Shown: positions 33,052-41,199 of the stretch, in pieces
How positions within the stretch are numbered: position 1 is the stretch's first letter
How the letters are laid out: each line of letters opens with the position of its first letter
Virus record (IMG/VR): IMGVR_UViG_3300022744_000001
Coordinates: 2,022 to 66,021 of that record
Length of the DNA stretch: 64,000 bases
Source of the DNA: a virus
Strand: one strand, 5' to 3'
Position numbers and translations under genes: made by a program
Notes under the pieces: model-generated
Seen by the model: only the letters and a program-made list of their open reading frames with translations
The model's database searches: none
What the model was told of the DNA's origin: nothing

Positions 33052-33729
33052 GTGGACAGTAGCGCAGAAGAGTTTGAGCAGATAGTGCGCGAGAGTTTAT
33101 CCGCTGCACAAGCCCTACGAAAACTGGACCGGGCTACCGTGGGGTCCAACTACGACTGGGTGCGTCGGGAGGTTCAACGGTTTGGGCTCGACACATCTCA
33201 CTGGGGAAGAGCTGGTGCTCGCAATACAACCCCGAACCTCGATGAGGTTTTCATTGAGAATGGTGCCTACTCAACAGGTCTTGTTAAGACGATCATTCTT
33301 CGTGAACGTTTACTCCCGGAGCTGTGTGCTGAGTGTGGATTAGGACCCTCCTGGAGGGGTAAGAAATTAGTCCTCCGCCTTGACCACAAAAACGGGAAAC
33401 GAAGTGATCACCGGCTCGGAAACTTGCGTTTTCTGTGTCCGAACTGCGACTCTCAAACAGAGACATTTTGCGGTCGCAACAAACGTCTCCCAGCCAAGCT
33501 GTGTAAATGCGGGGTGGCAATAGGGCAGCAGTCCGCAGCTTGCAGGTCGTGCACGGCAAAAAGCAGAAAACCAACAACGAAAATCGTTTGGCCTCCATTC
33601 GAGGAAGTGCAGGAAAGGGTCAAAAACACCTCCTTCCTTGCCACAGCCAAACATCTTGGTGTATCAGATAATGCAGTTCGGAAGTTTTTACGCTCCCGTG
33701 CCCGAGTGGTTGAAGGGGCAGGATTCTAA
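33052..33729 (+). CDS. HNH homing-endonuclease-like protein
   Basis: LRLDHKNGKRSDHRLGNLRFLCPNCDSQ is an HNH core. N-terminal ...GLDTSHWGR and C-terminal LGVSDNAVRKFL are HTH-like. Visibly lower GC than the flanks. The last 38 nt overlap the tRNA. Confidence 0.75.
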   Translation: MDSSAEEFEQIVRESLSAAQALRKLDRATVGSNYDWVRREVQRFGLDTSHWGRAGARNTTPNLDEVFIENGAYSTGLVKTIILRERLLPELCAECGLGPSWRGKKLVLRLDHKNGKRSDHRLGNLRFLCPNCDSQTETFCGRNKRLPAKLCKCGVAIGQQSAACRSCTAKSRKPTTKIVWPPFEEVQERVKNTSFLATAKHLGVSDNAVRKFLRSRARVVEGAGF

Positions 33730-33783
33730 ATCCTTGGGGCCGCAAGGCCCACGCCGCAGGTTCGAACCCTGCCGGGAGCGCCA
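33692..33783 (+). tRNA. suppressor tRNA, anticodon CUA (reads UAG), serine-type architecture
   Basis: 92 nt: GCUCCCG-UG-CCC-GAGUGGUUGAA-GGG-G-CAGGA-UUCUAAA-UCCUU-[20-nt variable arm G-GGGCC-GCAA-GGCCC-ACGCC]-GCAGG-UUCGAAC-CCUGC-CGGGAGC-G-CCA. The acceptor and T stems pair perfectly. Confidence 0.8.
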
Positions 33784-33784
33784 G

Positions 33785-34111
33785 TCAAGAGCGTAAAGCG
33801 AGAGGAAGCCGCTGAACAAGTCGTTTTGCGGCGGGCTCGAGCGCGATGGCGGTCACCTCGTTGTCTCGGTCCGGCTCCCGAAACAAGCTGACCCTGAACC
33901 CTCGACGGGTCGCATCCTCCGCGAGACGAGTCAGGGAAGGCTCATCAGGGCTCTCGAGGAGAGCGAGGTAGTTCGACTGCTCGAACCACTCCCGCTCGAC
34001 CTCCGGGTGCTCCGCGACGAACCCTCGCATGGCGTGAGCTGCTTGGACAGCTTGCGCGCCAAGAGGGAGGTCGCTTCGGACAATGAGGTAGAGTTTGTCA
34101 CCCATCCTCAT
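33785..34111 (-). CDS. Pth2-like peptidyl-tRNA hydrolase family protein
   Basis: 108 aa. KLYLIVRSDLPLGAQAVQAAHA... and ...NEVTAIALEP follow the PTH2 pattern (vvR.DL...aQ..HA ... T.lai.P). Confidence 0.6.
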   Translation of the reverse strand: MRMGDKLYLIVRSDLPLGAQAVQAAHAMRGFVAEHPEVEREWFEQSNYLALLESPDEPSLTRLAEDATRRGFRVSLFREPDRDNEVTAIALEPAAKRLVQRLPLALRS

Positions 34112-34535
34112 CGTCGGTACCTTCCTCGTCTTCGTCGTCGCTCAGGTGCAACCCAACCCTGTGAATGACCTCCTCTGGAATCCCGGCCGCCCGGAGCTTC
34201 CCGTCCCAGTCAGCGTAGGGGCGGTCCCCGCCACCCCACTTGCGCTCGCCCACGAAGAACATGGGAGGGTCACTGTGGATTTTCCCGTGAGGGGTCTCAA
34301 CGTAGGGCCAGATCTCCAAGGGCGAGTCGTTGCAGCACCCGCAGTTGTGCCGCATGTCGAACTTGGTCACCTGGCTGTTCACTGAGGCTGAGCAGTAGGC
34401 GACCTTGTTCCAGCGGCCGACATGCTTGCGCAGATCAGGGTAGAGTTCGGCCAGTTTGGCCAACCTCTCCGCTTCCTGGTCCTTTGCCCGGGCTTCCCCC
34501 CGGGCTTGTTGGATCTCTTCAGCGATGGTACCCAT
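34098..34535 (-). CDS. hypothetical protein (145 aa)
   Basis: ATG ORF with a coiled-coil-like N-terminus, a CGCC motif and an acidic tail. Overlaps the next gene by 14 nt. Confidence 0.55.
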   Translation of the reverse strand: MGTIAEEIQQARGEARAKDQEAERLAKLAELYPDLRKHVGRWNKVAYCSASVNSQVTKFDMRHNCGCCNDSPLEIWPYVETPHGKIHSDPPMFFVGERKWGGGDRPYADWDGKLRAAGIPEEVIHRVGLHLSDDEDEEGTDDEDG

Positions 34536-34538
34536 GGC

Positions 34539-34991
34539 TCAGGCCGCCTTCCGCTCAAACTTCGGGCGGAGACCCGCAAGCCACATACCGATGTCGTCCT
34601 CGGAGATAGCGGCTCCGCCCCCGAAGCTCTGGAGAAGGCTGTGGAGCGCTCGAGGGCTCAAGACCTCCGCGGTCGTTCGCTCGATTTGGACATACTCGAG
34701 GCCCCGGAGCATTCCGAGCAGCACCAGGTGCAGTCGGATCCAGTACCGGCCATCCCGCTTCTGGTCCCACAGGCGAGACCGGTCGTAACCGGTCTCGGGG
34801 CGGCGGTAGGGTTTGAGGGCTCGTTTGCCGTTGACCCTCCTACCATCCTCACCCCGCTGGGAGCGGAGGGTGGCGATGGCGTCGGCCGACCCGGGCGTCC
34901 AAGCCAGCTCTTGGAGCTGGCGGCGGATCCCCATCTGGGCGTCGGTCAGGGTCTTGAGTTCAGTGCGCAGCTTCTTGATAGTTTCCTTCAT
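34539..34991 (-). CDS. hypothetical protein (150 aa)
   Basis: ATG preceded by GGAGGAAATC on the reverse strand. No family recognised. Confidence 0.55.
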   Translation of the reverse strand: MKETIKKLRTELKTLTDAQMGIRRQLQELAWTPGSADAIATLRSQRGEDGRRVNGKRALKPYRRPETGYDRSRLWDQKRDGRYWIRLHLVLLGMLRGLEYVQIERTTAEVLSPRALHSLLQSFGGGAAISEDDIGMWLAGLRPKFERKAA

Positions 34992-35162
34992 GATTTCCTC
35001 CAGTTCGCGTTGTGTTCAGGTCGATGACGAGACTGAACGGCGCGTGGAGGACCACGAGGAGCGTGCGCTAAAGGATGTAGCTAGTGACCCATGACTTCCA
35101 TCCTAAACACCGGACCGCGGGGGTCAAGAGGGGAAATTCGATCTGGTCGGTTTAGGCTCGAG

Positions 35163-35193
35163 GGGGCTCGCGCGTTACCAGGGCAAGGAAGGC
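35163..35193 (+). promoter_or_regulatory. conserved upstream motif, copy 2
   Basis: GGGGCTCGCGCGTTACCAGGGCAAGGAAGG sits immediately 5' of ATG 35203. Confidence 0.5.
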
Positions 35194-35202
35194 TGGTGTC
35201 AG

Positions 35203-35415
35203 ATGGCAACGAAGAGCGGATTCGTGTTCAAGAAGGAAGGGTTCGTGATCGAGTTCAAGCAGGACGACGGTCGTTGGACCGACGACTTGGGAGGCGTGAC
35301 CCTCAACGAGTTCAGCGCCGAATCGGACGCGCAGGTTGTCCTGGACTCTCTTCGCACCCTGGAAGGGGTTTGGGCGAGCCGGGAGTACCGCATCAGCCCG
35401 GTGTGGTTCGAGTGA
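35203..35415 (+). CDS. small hypothetical protein (70 aa)
   Basis: ATG lies 10 nt after AAGGAAGG. Acidic. Confidence 0.5.
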   Translation: MATKSGFVFKKEGFVIEFKQDDGRWTDDLGGVTLNEFSAESDAQVVLDSLRTLEGVWASREYRISPVWFE

Positions 35416-35653
35416 GCTTGTAGAGGGGGTTCCGTTCCCTCTCGCGCTCGACAAGGTCACGACAGAACTCGCACTCGGCTGCATGGCCGGACAGGGGCTC
35501 GTGGCTAAAAACCACCCGCTCCAAGTTGGCGGCGGACAAATGAGAGGAGGCGTCCTGCTCGAGAGCTGAGGCCACCTTCAATAGGGCTTGGCGGAGTTCT
35601 TCGTCCATGCTCCTTAAGACGCTCGAGCCCGCCTGAAACTGAGCAGTGGTCAT
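35393..35653 (-). CDS. hypothetical protein (86 aa)
   Basis: Internal ATG 35653 chosen (MTTAQFQAG...). Contains CEFC. The N-terminal region overlaps the 3' end of 35505..36146. Confidence 0.4.
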   Translation of the reverse strand: MTTAQFQAGSSVLRSMDEELRQALLKVASALEQDASSHLSAANLERVVFSHEPLSGHAAECEFCRDLVERERERNPLYKLTRTTPG

Positions 35654-36146
35654 ACTCTTTTCTGGCCCATCGCCCCCGCTCCTCGGCCCGGTAGGCCACC
35701 AGCTCGGGGTCGCTCCCGTGCACAACGGCCCGGGTGTCGAAGTCGATGAGGTAGTCCTCCTCGTTGAAGGGGAGGGGCCATTTGATAAGGGTCTCGCAGA
35801 CCACCGGGTGGTCGTTCGCGCTCATGTTTTGGCGCAGGACCCGGTTTCGCCCCGCAAGAGCGTTAGGCACCTCCTCGTAACGCCGAACCCGTCCGCCCAC
35901 GAACACGACGCCCGATTCGTCCACACGCGACCCCTGGACTCGAGTCGAGAACCGGAAGCCATAAGGCCGCGCGCCAACCCGGGCCTCGGCTTCTTGGGTC
36001 AAATCCAAAGCCAGGCGAAGGTCCCAAACCGGAACGGGGATCGCCCGCTCCTCGATGTACATGGAGCCTTGGAAGAGAAACAGGACGTGGTGGGTCTCTC
36101 CGTACCCCACGACTCTTCCGCTATCGGGATGCAGTAGCTCGGACAA
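35505..36146 (-). CDS. hypothetical protein (213 aa)
   Basis: ATG ORF. No family recognised. The last ~150 nt overlap the next ORF in a different frame. Confidence 0.5.
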   Translation of the reverse strand: MSELLHPDSGRVVGYGETHHVLFLFQGSMYIEERAIPVPVWDLRLALDLTQEAEARVGARPYGFRFSTRVQGSRVDESGVVFVGGRVRRYEEVPNALAGRNRVLRQNMSANDHPVVCETLIKWPLPFNEEDYLIDFDTRAVVHGSDPELVAYRAEERGRWARKEYDHCSVSGGLERLKEHGRRTPPSPIEGGLSSRAGRLLSFVRRQLGAGGF

Positions 36147-36408
36147 GAGGAATCTCCTTCGGCAAAGTGTTCACGTACGCCTCGAGCTTGGAGCGCTCGG
36201 CGGCGGTGAGTTGTAAAAAGGTAGACACCTGGCGAAGGTCGGCGGCAAGGCGGTCTTTGCTGCTGAACGGAAACATTCCGCTCTCAATCATGATGGCTTT
36301 CGCCATCATCGAAACAAATCCGCCGTTGTTGTACGAGTTTGTAAGCGCGCTCCGGACACACAGCATAGGGGCCTCCGGGGGTAGGCAACCGATGACGTGC
36401 AGTAACAT
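36121..36408 (-). CDS. hypothetical small protein (start uncertain)
   Basis: 95-aa ORF. The internal start MMAKAIMIESG is equally plausible. Confidence 0.35.
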   Translation of the reverse strand: MLLHVIGCLPPEAPMLCVRSALTNSYNNGGFVSMMAKAIMIESGMFPFSSKDRLAADLRQVSTFLQLTAAERSKLEAYVNTLPKEIPLVRATASR

Positions 36409-36461
36409 GCCACAATAGCCGGAACTTCCCGAGCGCGCCAGGGCCCGGTGTCCAAGAGGGC

Positions 36462-36956
36462 ATGATCAAGTACCTCAAGGGCGACGCTACCGAACCCCAG
36501 GGCGCCGGAACCAAGTTCATCATCCACGTGGTCAACGACCGAGGCGGTTGGGGCGCAGGTTTCGTTTTGGCCCTCTCCCGCAAGTGGAAGGGGCCCGAGC
36601 AGTCGTATCGGAAGTACAGCCCACTCACTCTCGGCCAGATTCAGGTGGTGCCCGTCGAGCGACATCCGGGAGGCGTCCCGTACCTCTACGTCGTGAATAT
36701 GTGTGCCCAAACGGGGTACGGCCGCGGCAACCGGAACCTCCACCGTACCAACGAACCCGACGACCAGATCCCGTTGCGGTACGACGCCCTCCAGACGTGT
36801 CTTGAGCAAGTTGCAGAAGAGGCCACTGTCCTCGGCGCTGCAATCCACGCTCCTCGGTTCGGGTGCGGGCTCGCCGGGGGAAAGTGGGAGCTTGTCGAGC
36901 CCATCATTCAAAGTGCCCTTGAAGACCTTCCCGTTTTCATCTACGACCTGCCGTGA
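36462..36956 (+). CDS. macro-domain protein (ADP-ribose binding/hydrolase type)
   Basis: FIIHVVNDRGGWGAGFVLALSRKW... and ...APRFGCGLAGGKWELVEPII fit the viral/phage macro-like pattern. Confidence 0.7.
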   Translation: MIKYLKGDATEPQGAGTKFIIHVVNDRGGWGAGFVLALSRKWKGPEQSYRKYSPLTLGQIQVVPVERHPGGVPYLYVVNMCAQTGYGRGNRNLHRTNEPDDQIPLRYDALQTCLEQVAEEATVLGAAIHAPRFGCGLAGGKWELVEPIIQSALEDLPVFIYDLP

Positions 36957-37339
36957 TGGACACGAAAAAGCTCATGAAGCAGCTCATGGAGATGACCGAA
37001 GACTACATGCAAAAGCTGCTCTTCAAGTCGTGGTGCCTTCAGCAACGCGACGAACGGAAAGCACGCTTGGCTGCTGTTATGGAGCTTTCCGTGGAACTCG
37101 ACAAAATCCGACGGGTCAACCAGTTCGGCACAGGGTTGGCGGAGACGGTGCTCGAGAACATCATCCAAGGCGAATGGGAGCGAGCGCATGAAGGGGCTCA
37201 ACTCTTTCGCTTCAACGAAGAGAACCAAGAGTTGCGAAACCAGTTCGCGCCCCTTTGGAACAAGTTCGTTGTCTTGACCGAGGCAGCCTGCGTCTTGACT
37301 CGAGTACGGGAGCAAGTAGGGAGTGTGAAGCCGAGCTGA
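36953..37339 (+). CDS. hypothetical helical protein (128 aa)
   Basis: ATGA overlap with the macro gene. No family recognised. Confidence 0.55.
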   Translation: MMDTKKLMKQLMEMTEDYMQKLLFKSWCLQQRDERKARLAAVMELSVELDKIRRVNQFGTGLAETVLENIIQGEWERAHEGAQLFRFNEENQELRNQFAPLWNKFVVLTEAACVLTRVREQVGSVKPS

Positions 37340-37355
37340 TGGTGTACCCGCCCTC

Positions 37356-37838
37356 ATGCGACCTGCTACGCGAGAGGGTTGGAAGATCATCTCTATCACG
37401 GCTCACCGAACGTTGACCGGGCAAGACCGAACGTTCATCCGAGCTGGGATGAAGCTGCTGGTACAAAACCCCACCGTCGATGCGATCTACGTCGGGGGCG
37501 CTCGAGGGGGAGATACGATCGCGCTCCAAGCCGCCGCAGAGTTCCGAAAGGGCTCGAGGCCGCAGTTGGTTGTCGTCTGTCCCGACACAGAGGCGGCCCA
37601 ACCTTTTCAGGCCCGCCAATGGTTTCACTTGGCTGACGAGGTCATCGAGCTTGGAAACCCCATCACTCGAGAGGACGGCTTTGAGTCCTACCGCATCCGC
37701 AACAAGTACCTTGTTGATCACTGCACCACTCTCGTCGCCTTCTACAACGGAGACAAAGACACGGGCACCGGGCATGCCGTCCAGTATGCCGAGTCTCTCG
37801 GTGTTGTTGTCCGTACAGTCCCGATTGTCGGAAGGTAA
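37356..37838 (+). CDS. SLOG-fold protein (DUF2493/YpsA-like)
   Basis: IYVGGARGGDTIALQAAAE, YRIRNKYLV and LVAFYNGDKDTGTGHAVQYAESLGVVV follow the GGA.GaD ... RN ... GT pattern of DUF2493. Confidence 0.6.
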   Translation: MRPATREGWKIISITAHRTLTGQDRTFIRAGMKLLVQNPTVDAIYVGGARGGDTIALQAAAEFRKGSRPQLVVVCPDTEAAQPFQARQWFHLADEVIELGNPITREDGFESYRIRNKYLVDHCTTLVAFYNGDKDTGTGHAVQYAESLGVVVRTVPIVGR

Positions 37839-37841
37839 AAC

Positions 37842-38243
37842 ATGCTCACAGCTATCCTGCTCCTCTGCATCGCCATCGTTGCCATGGTGGGCGTTCTGAT
37901 CTTCGAAACGGCCAACCTCCGAGGGGCGTTCCACGAGATGCAGAAAGCTCTCCAAGACGCCGTTCGAACGAGTGAAGAACTCGACGCGAAGGAGGACGAA
38001 GAGGGGGATCAGCTCGAGATTGAATGGCGAGACAGGTTCAACGAGATGCAAGACACGCTGAACCGCCTCGAGTTGAACCTGGGGCGGGTCAATCAGCGTG
38101 TGGCCCGGCTACAAGCCAAGTCAAAGGCGGGCAGCACGAAGAAGAAGGCCAAGTTCGACCTCATCCAAGGGGGCCAGAAGAACCCCCAAGAGGAGCGTCC
38201 GCAGGTGATTCAGCTTCACCCTGAGCCTCGAGACCCAAGCTGA
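37842..38243 (+). CDS. membrane-anchored coiled-coil protein
   Basis: N-terminal TM segment MLTAILLLCIAIVAMVGVLIF followed by a charged helical region. Confidence 0.55.
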   Translation: MLTAILLLCIAIVAMVGVLIFETANLRGAFHEMQKALQDAVRTSEELDAKEDEEGDQLEIEWRDRFNEMQDTLNRLELNLGRVNQRVARLQAKSKAGSTKKKAKFDLIQGGQKNPQEERPQVIQLHPEPRDPS

Positions 38244-39036
38244 AAATCTTGCTCACTTGGGGGTTGCCGTAATCAGAATGCCCCGTGTAGACGGTGAGGT
38301 TTTCAAAATGCTTGTACTCCCCCGGTGAGTGCGTGTGCCCGCAGAGCACGGTGAACTTGACCTCGGGGAACAGGGACGCGACGTCCGCCAACATGGCGCC
38401 GAACGTGAGGTTCGTGAACCACGGGAGCCAGTTCTTGTCGGAGATGCGGTCCCGGTAAAAGCAGGACTCCCGAAAGGGCGGGATGTGCGTTGCAAAGAAA
38501 ACCTGCTTGTACTTCCGAGCCGCGGCGACGAGGTTCGGCCGAGCTTCCTCAGCCATTTGCTTGGCCACCTCCCTGCACTTTTCGATGTGCCCGTATCGCT
38601 CCTTGTCTCGAAACTCCTCGATGACCTTGAAGTCGTTCATGATGACGTTCGACCCTTCGGGGTCCCCCGAACGAGCGTCGTACCAACCCCCGTGGCCAAC
38701 GAGCGCGATTTCCGGAGTCAGCTCCACGACGCCCGCGGCGTTCAGCCAGGAGAGGTTCTTCACGGCTTGGCTGTCATGGAGAACCTGTGCGATCAGGCGA
38801 CCCTTCTCGAGAGAGCCGTTATAGAAGTCGTGGTTTCCGAGCACGAAATAAACGGGGATCTCAACCTTCGATGCGAACAAGACCAGGTTGAAGGCGAGTG
38901 AGGGGCACTCCGCGATATCCCCGGTCATCACGATGGCGTCCGCTTGGGTCAGTCTGCGAACGTACTTCGCGAACTTCGCGGTACCCGCGGGAGGTAGGAA
39001 ATTGAAATGGGGGTCCGTGATCCAGGCGAGGCGCAT
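38161..39036 (-). CDS. calcineurin-like metallophosphoesterase
   Basis: WITDPHFN, VMTGDIAE, VLGNHDF, GHGGW and LCGHTHSPG motifs. The 3' ~80 nt overlap the convergent gene. Confidence 0.8.
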   Translation of the reverse strand: MRLAWITDPHFNFLPPAGTAKFAKYVRRLTQADAIVMTGDIAECPSLAFNLVLFASKVEIPVYFVLGNHDFYNGSLEKGRLIAQVLHDSQAVKNLSWLNAAGVVELTPEIALVGHGGWYDARSGDPEGSNVIMNDFKVIEEFRDKERYGHIEKCREVAKQMAEEARPNLVAAARKYKQVFFATHIPPFRESCFYRDRISDKNWLPWFTNLTFGAMLADVASLFPEVKFTVLCGHTHSPGEYKHFENLTVYTGHSDYGNPQVSKIFSLGLEAQGEAESPADAPLGGSSGPLG

Positions 39037-39055
39037 GGAAGCGGGTACACCGAGG

Positions 39056-39493
39056 TCAACGAACTCGAACCCACTTCACCGAAGGCCGCAGAGTGGAAAT
39101 CCTCATCGCTCGGTCTACGGGGTCCACCGCGGTGTGAACTCGAGCGTCCCCGTTCGAGCCCGGGTAGTAGTGGATCGTGACTGCCTTCTTTGGCTCGTGA
39201 GCCGGGAGTGCGGGAGGCGGTGTCCACTGGGGCTCGAGGGATTCGATGTGTTTCTGCACCAGGACCGCAACCCGCAAAAGCTCTTGCTTCGCTTGGTCCC
39301 CTCTGGTCGCGTCTGCGTACAGGGTTTTCAGGAGTTGACGAAAGCCAACCTTGAATTTAGCTTTGAGCCCGCCAAGCAGCTTTTCTGCTTGGGCTTTCGA
39401 CTCAGCCAAACGAACCATCTCAAAGTCCCGGGGGGACAGCCCAGAGGCACGCAAAAGCCCGATCACGACTTGAGGGTTTTCGCGCTCCAACAC
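39056..39493 (-). CDS. hypothetical protein (145 aa)
   Basis: ATG ORF. No family recognised. Confidence 0.5.
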   Translation of the reverse strand: MLERENPQVVIGLLRASGLSPRDFEMVRLAESKAQAEKLLGGLKAKFKVGFRQLLKTLYADATRGDQAKQELLRVAVLVQKHIESLEPQWTPPPALPAHEPKKAVTIHYYPGSNGDARVHTAVDPVDRAMRISTLRPSVKWVRVR

Positions 39494-39543
39494 AGGGCCT
39501 CCTAGTACGCCGGTGTATCAAGAGAAACCGCAGGACAAAGGAA

Positions 39544-40431
39544 ATGTTGCGCTACACCGACCAGACCCTGAACTGTCGTGATTGCCCCTCCACGTTCGTC
39601 TTCACCGCTGCTGAGCAAGAGCGGTTCGCCAAGACGACCACTGAAGATGGCTCTCCGCTCTCCCCTCCCAAACGCTGTGCCGAGTGTCGGCAGAAGAAGC
39701 GCGAGAGAAACAACCAGCAAGGGGCGGGGTCGGCGGATACCGGAACCCAGCCGGGGCAGGTGGGCAGCACTCGGCTTCGCGTCACCCGTCCAACGGCAAT
39801 GCCCGGACACAGGCTCCTGTCATCCAGTATCGCCGTGGGGTTGGGGACAGCGCTCCGCCCCGCCAACAAGGAATGTCCGAGAGTTTTTCGCAGGGCTACG
39901 GGCGCCAAGCAGCTCCTGACCGGGGTAAGAAGGTCCAAGGAGAGCGAAGAACTGATGCCTACTCGGAAAGGCGTTCGCGCAAGCGCAACGACTGGCAAGA
40001 TCAGGACCAAGACGGCTGACAAGATCGACACGTCAGAACACGACCTGGTCATCACCTTCCGCGGCGTTCGAGTCGTCGAAAGCGGCCCTTACAAAGGAAC
40101 CAAGTCCGTAGACCGGACCGAGGTCTACGTGAAGGGCAAGAAACTCGCTATGGTGTCGCGAATCGAGTTCGTGCACGGCGCCGGGGAGCCGCTACCTCAC
40201 GTGCAGTTCACGTTCAGCACCCTCGACCCACAACTCGTGAAGGCCAACCCAGCTATCAAAGAGCTGTACGAGCGGAACGTGGAGCCCGTTAAAAGCGTGC
40301 TGCCCTGGGCCTTCTACACGAGCCCAGTGGGCAACCGTGAGCCTGGCCAGGCATTGAACGTGCTCGACTTGGGGATGGTCAAACCTGCCGCCCCCGAGCC
40401 AACCAAGGAAAAGAAACGGCGCAAGAGATGA
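39544..40431 (+). CDS. protein with N-terminal CxxC...CxxC zinc ribbon; possibly composite
   Basis: The N-terminus LNCRDCPSTFVFTAAEQERFAK...PKRCAECRQKKRE resembles small zinc-ribbon proteins. The middle ~90 aa are low-complexity. The C-terminal 160 aa, from MPTRKG at about 39955, look like an independent domain. Confidence 0.45.
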   Translation: MLRYTDQTLNCRDCPSTFVFTAAEQERFAKTTTEDGSPLSPPKRCAECRQKKRERNNQQGAGSADTGTQPGQVGSTRLRVTRPTAMPGHRLLSSSIAVGLGTALRPANKECPRVFRRATGAKQLLTGVRRSKESEELMPTRKGVRASATTGKIRTKTADKIDTSEHDLVITFRGVRVVESGPYKGTKSVDRTEVYVKGKKLAMVSRIEFVHGAGEPLPHVQFTFSTLDPQLVKANPAIKELYERNVEPVKSVLPWAFYTSPVGNREPGQALNVLDLGMVKPAAPEPTKEKKRRKR

Positions 40432-40434
40432 GGG

Positions 40435-40638
40435 TCAGTCCACGTCGTCAACCGGGCGCGGCCACACCAGGCGACCCATTTCCGAGCCGCAGGAGCTGCA
40501 CGCCCGAACCTCGTGCACAGCCCCGTCCACCGTCACCGGACGATGAGGTAGGGCGTTGAACTCGGTGCGAGAATACGGGAAACCACACTGACACAGCCGG
40601 TGGGCGATCGAGCGAAGACGTAGCGTTGCAGTACCCAT
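40435..40638 (-). CDS. small Cys-containing protein (67 aa)
   Basis: CQCG...CSSCG pairs. Convergent with 39544..40431. Confidence 0.45.
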   Translation of the reverse strand: MGTATLRLRSIAHRLCQCGFPYSRTEFNALPHRPVTVDGAVHEVRACSSCGSEMGRLVWPRPVDDVD

Positions 40639-40830
40639 ATGGACCCTCCCTTCGATGAGTCCGTTCCATCTACTGGCAAATATAAGCCATGTTCCAAAAA
40701 ATGTGAAGTGGAAAATGTCGATTTCGCTTGACTAGCTTTTTCCGCTACGTCCTGCACACGCAGGGGAGGGGTTTTCTTCCAACTGGGTTGAGATTCGGAC
40801 CCTCTCGCGCGTTCTAGGGGTGAGGAGATT

Positions 40831-41199
40831 TTGATGTCACAGGAAACAGCAATCGAGACCCGCCCTTGTGAACTGTGCAAGGGGAGCGGAAGAAGGACCG
40901 GAACCAACCACCCGTGCTTGGTTTGCGATGGGATCGCCAGATTCCCGTCTTTCGATTCGGAGCGCATCCTGGGGCTCATCTTGACCCAAGGCCGCCTTAC
41001 GTCCGAGATTCATGCGATGACCGAGGACGAGACCTTGAACAGTCGGGCCTTTTTCGTCTGGGCGACCATCAGGAAACTCAAAGGGGTGTCCGACCCCATG
41101 GAACAAGTCCACGCCGGGCTCGCCATTACAGGGGACCCCTTCCGTACGGAGCTGGAAACTTTGGCTGGAGAGCTTTACACGAAAGAGGTTGCGGCGTGA
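40831..41199 (+). CDS. hypothetical protein with CxxCxGxG-type zinc finger
   Basis: GAGGAG lies 8 nt upstream of the ATG. CELCKGSG...CLVCDG. Confidence 0.55.
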   Translation: MMSQETAIETRPCELCKGSGRRTGTNHPCLVCDGIARFPSFDSERILGLILTQGRLTSEIHAMTEDETLNSRAFFVWATIRKLKGVSDPMEQVHAGLAITGDPFRTELETLAGELYTKEVAA

